From assembly GCA_022509125.1 (NCBI GenBank), contig JAFLTU010000004.1, positions 34,159 through 98,158 of the forward strand: 64,000 nt of DNA, given 5' to 3'. This document shows positions 21,044 to 29,539 of this stretch, piece after piece (positions within the stretch are counted from its first letter, which is position 1; each line of letters begins with the position of its first letter). Both the position numbers and the translations under genes were made by a program. The notes under the pieces were generated by a model. It did not search any database, was not told the origin of the DNA, and was given only the letters and a program-made list of their open reading frames with translations. Origin of the DNA: Muribaculaceae bacterium. Lineage in GTDB: Bacteria > Bacteroidota > Bacteroidia > Bacteroidales > Muribaculaceae.

Positions 21044-21069
21044 TGAAACTATTTTTCTCTTTATTCGTC
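21044..21069 (+). promoter_or_regulatory. ECF sigma-type promoter upstream of the ECF sigma gene
   Basis: TGAAAC-N16-CGTC. Confidence 0.55.
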
Positions 21070-21155
21070 TTATATCTAAATTCCGTTCTCCACTTTTTTG
21101 TTAAATACGCAACCCCTTTTTTAAATTTAGGGAACGAGCGCTAAAAAACTTTTTA

Positions 21156-21638
21156 ATGGATAAAGATGATTTGGAAAAGGAATTCGAGGCAATTTTAATT
21201 GATTACGGCGGTCTTATCAATAAAATTTGTTATTCCTTCTCCACCAATTCGGATGAATTTAAAGATTTAAGGCAGGAAGTCTGGTATCATATTTGGAAAG
21301 GCCTCCGACAGTTCCGACATGATTCAAAACTTTCAACCTGGATTTATCGCATATGTCTCAACAGCTGCATTTCTTTTCAAAGAAAGGAAAAGATTTTTAG
21401 TAAAGTCCCGGTAGACAATGTTTTGAATGTGGCCGATGAGTCTTATTCCAAACTTGAGCAATATAAGGAGATGTATGCCTTGATAAAGAAACTTAATTAT
21501 TCCGACCGCGCCCTTATTCTTATGTGGCTCGACGATATGACTTATGAAGAAATTTCGGCTCTCACAGGTCAAAACCGCAACACCATAGCCACGCGTCTGA
21601 AACGAGTGAAGGAGAAATTAGTGAATATGAATGCTTAA
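21156..21638 (+). CDS. ECF sigma-70 factor
   Basis: DLRQEVWYHIWKG..SKLSTWIYRICLN (region 2), MTYEEISALTG...IATRLKRVKEKL (region 4). Confidence 0.92.
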   Translation: MDKDDLEKEFEAILIDYGGLINKICYSFSTNSDEFKDLRQEVWYHIWKGLRQFRHDSKLSTWIYRICLNSCISFQRKEKIFSKVPVDNVLNVADESYSKLEQYKEMYALIKKLNYSDRALILMWLDDMTYEEISALTGQNRNTIATRLKRVKEKLVNMNA

Positions 21639-22209
21639 TATCGAGAAAATGGAAGATATAAACGAAATGAAACTTATGTGGCAATCACTCGACAAACGCC
21701 TCACAAGTCTTGAAGAAGAAAACAACCGGCTCATGAAATCGGTCATGAAAGCTAACTATAAGTCAACTCAGGAAAAACTCGTAGCCAAATATATCGGTTT
21801 TATTTTTATTGAGGTCGTTATGATTCTTTTTATGAGCCTGTTTTTTATATTTAACCCTTTTATCAATGAAAAATTCCGATGGGCGGCTTTAATTTATTGG
21901 ATGGTTTTTTTCATGATTGAATTGGCTCTTGACCTTTATCTCATGCTGGAGATTAAATCTATCAATATCTATGAAGACCCGATAACTCTCGTGGCCAGAA
22001 AGGCGGCTCAAAATTGGAAGATCCATAAAATCGGTATAATTGTCGGGCTCCCTTTGGCAATTGGAGCTGTAATTATGCTTTCATTGGCTATTGATGCCAA
22101 TGAATTCGTCATCTTAGGGATGATTGTCGGGGGACTCATAGGTCTAATTATTGGAATAACCCAGCTCTTGAAATTTAAAAACTACTATCGTCTCCTTCAA
22201 TCTAATTAA
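21631..22209 (+). CDS. 4-TM membrane protein, putative anti-sigma partner
   Basis: Overlaps the sigma stop; N-terminal EMKLMWQ helix then four hydrophobic segments. Confidence 0.65.
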   Translation: MLNIEKMEDINEMKLMWQSLDKRLTSLEEENNRLMKSVMKANYKSTQEKLVAKYIGFIFIEVVMILFMSLFFIFNPFINEKFRWAALIYWMVFFMIELALDLYLMLEIKSINIYEDPITLVARKAAQNWKIHKIGIIVGLPLAIGAVIMLSLAIDANEFVILGMIVGGLIGLIIGITQLLKFKNYYRLLQSN

Positions 22210-22320
22210 ACTCTTCCTGCCTTCCTATTTTATTTATTCAAGCTTTCCATTTTATTTTTCAAGAAGAGGTTTCATAGATTGCTTTTTTATTGTTCTATAA
22301 AGTTGGTTTAAAGATTTTAT

Positions 22321-22328
22321 TAACTTTG
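22321..22328 (+). promoter_or_regulatory. Sigma-A -7 element for the CHASE2-caspase operon
   Basis: TAACTTTG 7 nt before ATG 22336 (near-leaderless). Confidence 0.6.
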
Positions 22329-22335
22329 CCAAGAG

Positions 22336-23526
22336 ATGAAACCATCACGAGGCAAAAATATAACCAATTTTTTCAAGTATTTGCGATCCTTGCGTCTATG
22401 GATGGCTCTATTAATTGTGGTGGCAATGCAAGTGGCTGATTATTTCATCACAAATTTTAGCTATCCTTTGCTCGATGCCGTTGACAGCATAATGATTTAT
22501 GACTTTTTTAATAAAAACGGAGATGCGCCCGACTCTGAAATTTTTTACGCAAATGTGGGATATGATAAAAAACTAATCCCGGTGAAAGATGAATTTGATG
22601 ATGAGATAGGGAAAACAGCGATAACAGATCGTAAACTTTTGGCAGAATATCTGGATCTTATAAGAGATGCCGGATATAAGTATATATTTTTAGATATTCG
22701 TTTCGAGGAGGGCACGGAGAGTGAAGATGATTCTTTGCTTTTTTCCACTCTTGCCAAAACAGAGAGATTGGCCTTCTCCCTGCATAATGATTTAATTAGT
22801 TTTGTGCCCGACTCTTTGCTTCATAAGGGAGCATATTCAGATTATCGCGGCAATTTCCGCGATGGTTTCATAAGGTATGAACTGTTGCAGAACAACCATG
22901 AGTCGTCCGCATGGAGATTATATTCAGAACTTGACGGAGGTCATGAGATGACAAGTAGGGGAATTTCCTATTTTGATAACGGAAATCTAGCCTACAATAT
23001 GGTCTTTCCTTCCTTCTATCGCAATGATACTGAACACGAGGGAGAAATGGGCAGAGAAAAATATCATTATTTAGGGTTTGAATTAAATACGGATTCAAAA
23101 GCTCTCTTGGAGGGTGCAAAAGACCGGATCGTGGTAATCGGTGATTTTGAAAATGACAAACACCAGACCTATATGGGTGAGGTGCCAGGCCCATTATTGA
23201 CAATAAGAACATATCAGGCGTTAAAAAAAGGAGTGCATCGTTTCTCATGGATTTGTTTCGGCATAACGTCTGCAGTTTATTTCTGTATTTTATATCTTTT
23301 ACTTGGCAAATACGATATAAATAATAAAATTTGCAAAGCGTTAAAGATTAAATCCAAAGGATTAGTCTTTGTGATATCTTTTATTGGTTGGGGATTTCTC
23401 CTTGCCTCTGTTAAATTAACGTTATATGCTATTTTTGATATAGTTTTTGTGGCATGGCTCCCGGCGCTGGTTTTCTCAACCGTCTCCTATATTAATCAAT
23501 ACTCAAAAATTGAAATTAATGATTAG
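22336..23526 (+). CDS. CHASE2-domain membrane protein lacking a cytoplasmic output domain
   Basis: N-terminal TM; TDRKLLAEYL, IFLDIRFE, KDRIVVIGDFENDKHQTYMGEVPGPLL; three C-terminal TMs, then stop. Confidence 0.72.
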   Translation: MKPSRGKNITNFFKYLRSLRLWMALLIVVAMQVADYFITNFSYPLLDAVDSIMIYDFFNKNGDAPDSEIFYANVGYDKKLIPVKDEFDDEIGKTAITDRKLLAEYLDLIRDAGYKYIFLDIRFEEGTESEDDSLLFSTLAKTERLAFSLHNDLISFVPDSLLHKGAYSDYRGNFRDGFIRYELLQNNHESSAWRLYSELDGGHEMTSRGISYFDNGNLAYNMVFPSFYRNDTEHEGEMGREKYHYLGFELNTDSKALLEGAKDRIVVIGDFENDKHQTYMGEVPGPLLTIRTYQALKKGVHRFSWICFGITSAVYFCILYLLLGKYDINNKICKALKIKSKGLVFVISFIGWGFLLASVKLTLYAIFDIVFVAWLPALVFSTVSYINQYSKIEIND

Positions 23527-25513
23527 AAATTTGATAAATTTTCTCCTGGTCGCTCTCGTTCTTAACTTTGGCTTGGCATTCTCTGCAGCAGGCAAGGTCA
23601 CATATAAGATAGTGCGTCTTAATACTCCGGAAATCACTATTGGCGGGAAGCAATTGAAGATAGGAGATACCTTTTCCGACACGGGAAATATCAAATGGTC
23701 GGATTCTAAACAGGCCATGGAAGTTAAAGATGTTGAATCCGGTGTGCTGTATAAATTTTCAGAGAAGGCTTTCAGGAATAAGGGAGTGGTAGGATCGATT
23801 TCGGATTTTTTTCTTCGCACGAGTCAAGGTTCGGGGAGAGACAATTCCCAGACAGCAGTATTGAGGAAAAGTGAGACGTCCTCCAATTTCCCTGAAAAGA
23901 GAATTGCCTTTATAATCGGCAATTCTAATTATGAAAACCTTTCTTTTCTTCGAAACGCTCAGAAAGATGCCTCGGATGTAGCCGATGCCCTGTGGTCCCT
24001 CGGTTTTGACGTGGTGGAGTTGTATGAAGCCAACTATGAAGATATGATGACCGGGCTCAACAAGTTTGCGTCACAAGCAAGAAATTATGATGTTGCTTTG
24101 TTTTATTATGCGGGCCACGGGCTCCAGTATGAGGGTAAAAACTATCTTTTGCCCATTAATTTTGAAAATACCCGTAAATCTGAACTCGATCGGACCCTGC
24201 ATGCCGACGATGTGTTGCAGAGAATGGAAGATTCGGGAGCGCCTTCGCAGATAATCTTCATAGATGCGTGTCGTAATATCCCGACCACATGGACGAGGTC
24301 AGCTTCAACAGGTCTTGCAAGGATGGAAGGGAGCCGAGGCTCAGTGATAGTATTTTCAACAGAGAGTGGCAAAACTGCCGACGATGGAGAGGGTGAAAAC
24401 AGTCCTTTCGCAGCAGCATTAATCAACAACTTGTCGAAGACAGTCTCATTTGATGAGACTCTTAACCAGATAGCCAAAGACACATTTGCCTCCACCGACC
24501 AAAAACAATTTCCCATGAGAGTGGGGATGCTTTTGAGTGATTTTAGGTTCAATCCTGAAGGTGTAAAGATTGCAAAAGCAGAGGCTACGAAAAAATCTGT
24601 CGAAAATGCCACGCGACGTCCGGAGAGAGCCGAGGAACCCAAGCATGTCGATGTCGTGCCAACCCCTTCAGAACCTCGTTTGGAACTGGCTGCTGATATA
24701 CCTAATTTAGGTGGAAAAGTTGCATCAGCAATCATTTCGGGAAATTCGATGGTTATTGAACTTGTTTTGGCAAACCGTTCTAATAAGCCTCTTAATCCCT
24801 ACATCACAAAAGAGATTAATGTCTTAGGTTATGAAAACGAAACAATGGCTGTGACTAAAGATGGCACAATCATCAGGGGAAATGACATAGATTGTACTGT
24901 TGGTGGGAATTATGCAGGGAATTTTTTCCCTATGCCGCCTAATGTCCCGGTTAAAATTAAAATAGTTATAAAGGGCTTAAATAATGTGAACGAGTTTGCC
25001 TATATGAACATTTGTTTCCGGGAAATTAACCCCGATATAATGTATGGAATCGGCAACCTTTCAATCACCAATACAATGTCGAATAGTGAAATTGTTACTC
25101 AAGACAATGGAGCTTTCACAATTCAAAATAATTGCCCTTATGTGAATGTGAGTATAGGTAAGATGTATGGCTCAGGGAATTCGTTGGTTGTTGAGCTTTT
25201 GCTTACTAATAAGTCTGCTGTAAGGATTCTGCCTCATGTGGGATATCGCGAAAACACTATTGGATTTGAGAATGAAACTTTCGCCGCATCTATGTCTGGT
25301 GATATTATTCAGTCACAAGATATAGATTTTAGGGCTGGAAGCGAAATAGCCTACAATGCTTTCGTCTTGCCACCTAATGTTCCGGTTAAACTCCGTGCCA
25401 TCATTAAGGGAATCTCTTCGCCACAACAGTTAGGGTTTCTTAATATTTGCATGAAACAATATAATCCCGACATAACTGGAGGAATAGGACTCATATCTAT
25501 TTCTCGTAGATGA
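23519..25513 (+). CDS. Exported caspase-family (C14) protease with N-terminal domain and duplicated C-terminal domain
   Basis: Likely ATG 23519 with signal peptide; RIAFIIGNSNY..L.NA..DA, YYAGHG (His), IDACRN (Cys), DGEGENSPF. Confidence 0.88.
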   Translation: MIRNLINFLLVALVLNFGLAFSAAGKVTYKIVRLNTPEITIGGKQLKIGDTFSDTGNIKWSDSKQAMEVKDVESGVLYKFSEKAFRNKGVVGSISDFFLRTSQGSGRDNSQTAVLRKSETSSNFPEKRIAFIIGNSNYENLSFLRNAQKDASDVADALWSLGFDVVELYEANYEDMMTGLNKFASQARNYDVALFYYAGHGLQYEGKNYLLPINFENTRKSELDRTLHADDVLQRMEDSGAPSQIIFIDACRNIPTTWTRSASTGLARMEGSRGSVIVFSTESGKTADDGEGENSPFAAALINNLSKTVSFDETLNQIAKDTFASTDQKQFPMRVGMLLSDFRFNPEGVKIAKAEATKKSVENATRRPERAEEPKHVDVVPTPSEPRLELAADIPNLGGKVASAIISGNSMVIELVLANRSNKPLNPYITKEINVLGYENETMAVTKDGTIIRGNDIDCTVGGNYAGNFFPMPPNVPVKIKIVIKGLNNVNEFAYMNICFREINPDIMYGIGNLSITNTMSNSEIVTQDNGAFTIQNNCPYVNVSIGKMYGSGNSLVVELLLTNKSAVRILPHVGYRENTIGFENETFAASMSGDIIQSQDIDFRAGSEIAYNAFVLPPNVPVKLRAIIKGISSPQQLGFLNICMKQYNPDITGGIGLISISRR

Positions 25514-25573
25514 GATAATTAAGAAAGTCGCACAGTTTGTCACTTGGCATTCGGCACTTGGGATACTCATTAA

Positions 25574-25617
25574 ATTAAATTTGGGGTTGAGTTCAATGAC
25601 TCAGCCCCAAATTTAAT
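25574..25617. terminator. Hairpin terminator between convergent genes
   Basis: ATTAAATTTGGGGTTGAGT-tcaatg-ACTCAGCCCCAAATTTAAT. Confidence 0.75.
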
Positions 25618-25636
25618 ATAGATCTGTAAGAAGAAG

Positions 25637-28600
25637 TTATTTCCCGGTTTGAACCATCACTTTCTGCCCATTAATAATATAGAGGCCTGAAGAAAGAGTG
25701 TTTAATTGGTTCTTGTCTTTGGTAGTCATAACTTTGTGACCATTGATTGTGAAAACGTGGTAGACTGAATTATCTACAATGATCTCCTCGATACCGTCAC
25801 CATCGTCGCCAGAACCGTTGTCACCCGAACCATTGTCTCCCGAACCATCGTCGCCAGAGCCGTTGTCGCCAGAGCCGTTGTCGCCAGAGCCGTTGTCTCC
25901 GGAGCCATTGTCTCCTGAGCCGTTGTCTCCCGAGCCATTGTCGCCGGAGCCGTTGTCTCCCGAGCCATTGTCGCCGGAGCCATTGTTGCCGGAGCCGTTA
26001 CCTCCATTGTTGTCGGGATTTTCATCGGATGAAGAAGAGGCCACAGTCACTATACATTGGGAGAAGACATCTCCGCAATAAACAGTGATCGCAGCCGTGC
26101 CTCCACCTATTGCAGTTACCAATCCGTTTTGATCCACAGATGCAACAGAGGAATTGCTTGAAGTCCAGATAAGACTTTGATCGGTGGTGTAAACCGGATA
26201 AACACTTGCCACAAGACTGTAGGTCTCTCCGGGTTTTAGATTGAGATCAGACATATTGAGCACCACTATGGATGCAAGCGTCGTTTCCACTGTTACCTCA
26301 CAAGTGGCGCTTTCTCCTTCATATGAAACTGTGATAGTGGCCACACCCGGTTTAAGGGCTGTAACATTTCCGTTTGCATCCACCGACGCGACAGATGAGT
26401 CACTTGAATTCCATGAGAATTTATAATTCCCCGATTCACCTCCTAAAGTGGCCGAAAGCTGGAATGTCTCTGTGGCATGGAGGGTGAGTTGCGAATAATT
26501 AACTACGACTGCTTTGGGATCCGGTTTCAGCACAGTGATTTTACACACGGCTGAGATATTGTCGATAGAGGCTGTCACTGTGGTTACCCCGGCAGAAACA
26601 GCTTTGACCACTCCGGATTCCGTGACTGTGGCCACAGCAGGATCGCTGCTTTTCCAAACCACATTATTGATTGATGCATTCTCGGGATAGATTTGAGTCG
26701 TAAGAGCAAATGATTCTGATATATTTAATGTTATATCACTTGCATTGAGTGATATTTTCTCTACTGCCACAGGTGTAATGGTAACTACGCAAGAGGCACT
26801 GAGCTGACCGCAGGCGGCAGTGATAGTGGCTTGGCCTACTGCAAGAGCTGAGACGATTCCATATTCATCCACAGAAACAATTGCAGGGTCTGAGGAAGTC
26901 CAGATCACGGGATCAGTTGTGGAGGCGGGAGAAACAGTGGCAATAATGTCTTCTGAGTCTCCCAGTTCCAGTGTAAGTTGAGTGTAGTTGAGTGTTAACT
27001 CATTGGCATGTTGCACAACTGAGACAAGACAGGAGGCTGTGAAGGTCTGGCAAGAGGCAGTTATTATGGCCGTACCGGGAGCCACGGCTGTCACCATACC
27101 CTCAGCCACAGTTGCCACGCCGGGGTTGGAAGAATCCCAAGCGACAGCGGGGTCTGTAGCATTTGCAGGTGAGATGGTAAGTGAAAGTGAAGATGAATTT
27201 CCCGCTTCCAGTGTCAGTTCGGAAAGGTTAAGCGAGATAGATTCCACCGGAATCGGGCTAACTGAAACGAGGCAAGTTGCGGAGACATCTCCATTAGCTG
27301 CGGAAATTTCAGCTGTGCCTACACCAATTGCCGTTACCAGACCATCCTCCACTGTGGCTACATTCCTATCGCTGCTTGTCCAAATTATGGTTTTATCGGT
27401 GACATCTTCTGCCAGCATGGCTACAAGTTGACTAACTTGATTAACCATAAGATTTAGAGAAGTGAAATTTAAGACAATTTCAGTGGCCTTTACGGGTTCC
27501 ACTGTAACATTGCAAGTGGTAGACACATCTCCACAAGAGGCTGTGATAACTGCATTGCCAATCGAGAGGGCGGTTACCAATCCGTCTGTAGAAACAGAAA
27601 CCACATTGGGATTCGAAGAATAAAAATAAATTGTCTTGTCGGTTGTGGTTTCCGGCATCACAGTGGCAATCAGACTGCCTTTCTGTCCCGGTTTTAAAGA
27701 GAGAGCGGTCTCGCTTAATGAAATGGATTCAGGGAGGGTGGCTTCAACAGTGATTTCACAATTGGCGATGGCCTCCCCGCAGGAGGCTCGAATTATACAT
27801 GATCCAACTCCTGTAGCTGTGACCACGCCCCCGGAGACTAAGGCCACATTGGGATCGCTCGTCTCCCATGCCACTTCCGGATAAGTGGTGTTAGCCGGGC
27901 TCACCGTTGCAGAAATAGTAGCAGTCTGTCCTGCTTTGAGAACCACAGTAGATTTATCGAGCGTCACTGAAGAAGCTGCTATGGGATTAACAGTGACAGA
28001 AAGTTTTCCGACCACTCCTTCGCAAGTGGCTGTGATCAAGGTTCCACCCGGGGCAATTGCCTTCAATTGACCGGTAGATGGGTCAACTGATGCCACCCCC
28101 TCATTTGAAGATGCCCACGTCACAGGCGAGATAATTGTTGAGGGAATCACCACGGCGGAGAGTTGCGCTGCGTCTCCCACATATAAGGGACTACCAAGAG
28201 GGGAAATCGTTACTGATTCCGAAGAGTTAGGCCAGACAGTGACCTGACAGTTGGCAGAGAATCCGTTGCAAGTAGCAGTGACAGTGGCTTGGCCTATCCT
28301 TTGTGCCAGAACTTTTCCTGTCTCAGTGACAGATACTGCATTTTCAGGTGTGGAGGTCGCTTCCCATTTTATTTCACCCAAAGCATCGTCGGGAACCAAA
28401 GTGGCCTTAAGCTGCTGACTGAATCCAAGGTTAATGGCCACTGAAGTTTTGTCGATAGTTATTCCCGTGGGAGCAACATAAATAGGTTCTATGGATGTGA
28501 ATTTTCCCCAAATGGGACTTTTCTTGTATGCGGATATAGCTGTGTTATATACCATAAGTTTACCTGCAAATGATGCATCGCCGAAACTATTGGGAGAGAT

Positions 28601-29434
28601 AGCCGGAAGAGATTTTGACAAAGAAGTCACTTCCTTCAAAAGCGTGCATCCTCCGAAAGCAGACTCTCCGATAGAAGTCACTGACGCCGGGATTGTAACT
28701 ACAGGTAAGGAGTTGCAATAAGAGAAAGCATAAGCAGGAATAGTCTGGAGGCCTTCGGGTAGTTGGAGAGAGGCCAGGGAATGACAGCTTGAGAAAGCAT
28801 TATTACTAATCTGGGAAACGGAAGGAGGAATGAATAATTCCGTGATGCCGCTGCCCGAAAATGCGTATTCCCCGATTGAAGTGACAGAAGCAGGAATTAA
28901 GACATTTTTCAATGCAGTGCAATTTGCAAACATTCTTGAGGGAATAGCGGAGAGGCTATTTGAAAGTGTCACCTCGGAAAGACCGGGACATGCGGCAAAG
29001 GCATTTTTACCCACAGAAGTGACTCCATTCCCCATTCTGACTGATGTCAGAGATGCGCTGGAACTGAAAGCCGCTGTGCCTATTTCGGTGACAGATTCAG
29101 GAATATCAATGCTTCTGAGCTGATTGAATGCGTATTCTCCTATTGCCACAACGGTATAGGAAGTCGACACACCGTCGATTGTATTAGTTACAGTAGTTGG
29201 TAGATTTAAATCGCCGGTATAAGAATTTCCGAACGTAGTAATAAGTTTTGGCGACCCTGACTCATAACTATAGGACGAGGATCCTGATTTTGTGGCACAA
29301 GTTTTTGCCACCGGGTCGATTATTGTAAATGTTATACCGTCTGCCACGAAATCCAGCTCTGCTGTCGCATCTGTTTGTGCAAAAATTATCGCAGACAGGA
29401 ATGACAAGGCGGTGATAAGAAAAAATCTTTTCAT
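25637..29434 (-). CDS. Surface protein: BspA-type LRRs, about 10 Big_2 Ig domains, SGDNG linker, T9SS-like CTD
   Basis: Signal peptide; IPxSVTxIGxxAF repeats; WxSSxPxVAxVxxGxVTA repeats; C-terminal GIEEI..VFTING..SGLYIINGQKV. Confidence 0.88.
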   Translation of the reverse strand: MKRFFLITALSFLSAIIFAQTDATAELDFVADGITFTIIDPVAKTCATKSGSSSYSYESGSPKLITTFGNSYTGDLNLPTTVTNTIDGVSTSYTVVAIGEYAFNQLRSIDIPESVTEIGTAAFSSSASLTSVRMGNGVTSVGKNAFAACPGLSEVTLSNSLSAIPSRMFANCTALKNVLIPASVTSIGEYAFSGSGITELFIPPSVSQISNNAFSSCHSLASLQLPEGLQTIPAYAFSYCNSLPVVTIPASVTSIGESAFGGCTLLKEVTSLSKSLPAISPNSFGDASFAGKLMVYNTAISAYKKSPIWGKFTSIEPIYVAPTGITIDKTSVAINLGFSQQLKATLVPDDALGEIKWEATSTPENAVSVTETGKVLAQRIGQATVTATCNGFSANCQVTVWPNSSESVTISPLGSPLYVGDAAQLSAVVIPSTIISPVTWASSNEGVASVDPSTGQLKAIAPGGTLITATCEGVVGKLSVTVNPIAASSVTLDKSTVVLKAGQTATISATVSPANTTYPEVAWETSDPNVALVSGGVVTATGVGSCIIRASCGEAIANCEITVEATLPESISLSETALSLKPGQKGSLIATVMPETTTDKTIYFYSSNPNVVSVSTDGLVTALSIGNAVITASCGDVSTTCNVTVEPVKATEIVLNFTSLNLMVNQVSQLVAMLAEDVTDKTIIWTSSDRNVATVEDGLVTAIGVGTAEISAANGDVSATCLVSVSPIPVESISLNLSELTLEAGNSSSLSLTISPANATDPAVAWDSSNPGVATVAEGMVTAVAPGTAIITASCQTFTASCLVSVVQHANELTLNYTQLTLELGDSEDIIATVSPASTTDPVIWTSSDPAIVSVDEYGIVSALAVGQATITAACGQLSASCVVTITPVAVEKISLNASDITLNISESFALTTQIYPENASINNVVWKSSDPAVATVTESGVVKAVSAGVTTVTASIDNISAVCKITVLKPDPKAVVVNYSQLTLHATETFQLSATLGGESGNYKFSWNSSDSSVASVDANGNVTALKPGVATITVSYEGESATCEVTVETTLASIVVLNMSDLNLKPGETYSLVASVYPVYTTDQSLIWTSSNSSVASVDQNGLVTAIGGGTAAITVYCGDVFSQCIVTVASSSSDENPDNNGGNGSGNNGSGDNGSGDNGSGDNGSGDNGSGDNGSGDNGSGDNGSGDNGSGDDGSGDNGSGDNGSGDDGDGIEEIIVDNSVYHVFTINGHKVMTTKDKNQLNTLSSGLYIINGQKVMVQTGK
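25799..25993 (-). repeat. 13 x 15-bp coding tandem repeat encoding SG(D/N)(N/D)G
   Basis: Units such as gccgttgtcgccaga with synonymous variation, counted directly. Confidence 0.95.
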
Positions 29435-29473
29435 GAATTTTCAGGTTAGTTATTCTTCAAATGAATATTGATA

Positions 29474-29501
29474 GAAAACGGGTCCGGGTTTCCCCGGACC
29501 C
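29474..29501 (-). terminator. Intrinsic terminator after the glycogen cluster
   Basis: GGGTCCGGG-gaaa-CCCGGACCC then GTTTTC on minus strand. Confidence 0.7.
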
Positions 29502-29539
29502 TCTCATTCATTTATCAGGCTTCGATGACTCTTTATTAA

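Noticed and set aside
25774-26081. PEPLS-repeat and TMAPA-repeat ORFs; possible CRISPR-like array
   Set aside because: Alternative-frame readings of the SGDNG coding repeat; no unique spacers; variation mainly at third positions of the adhesin frame
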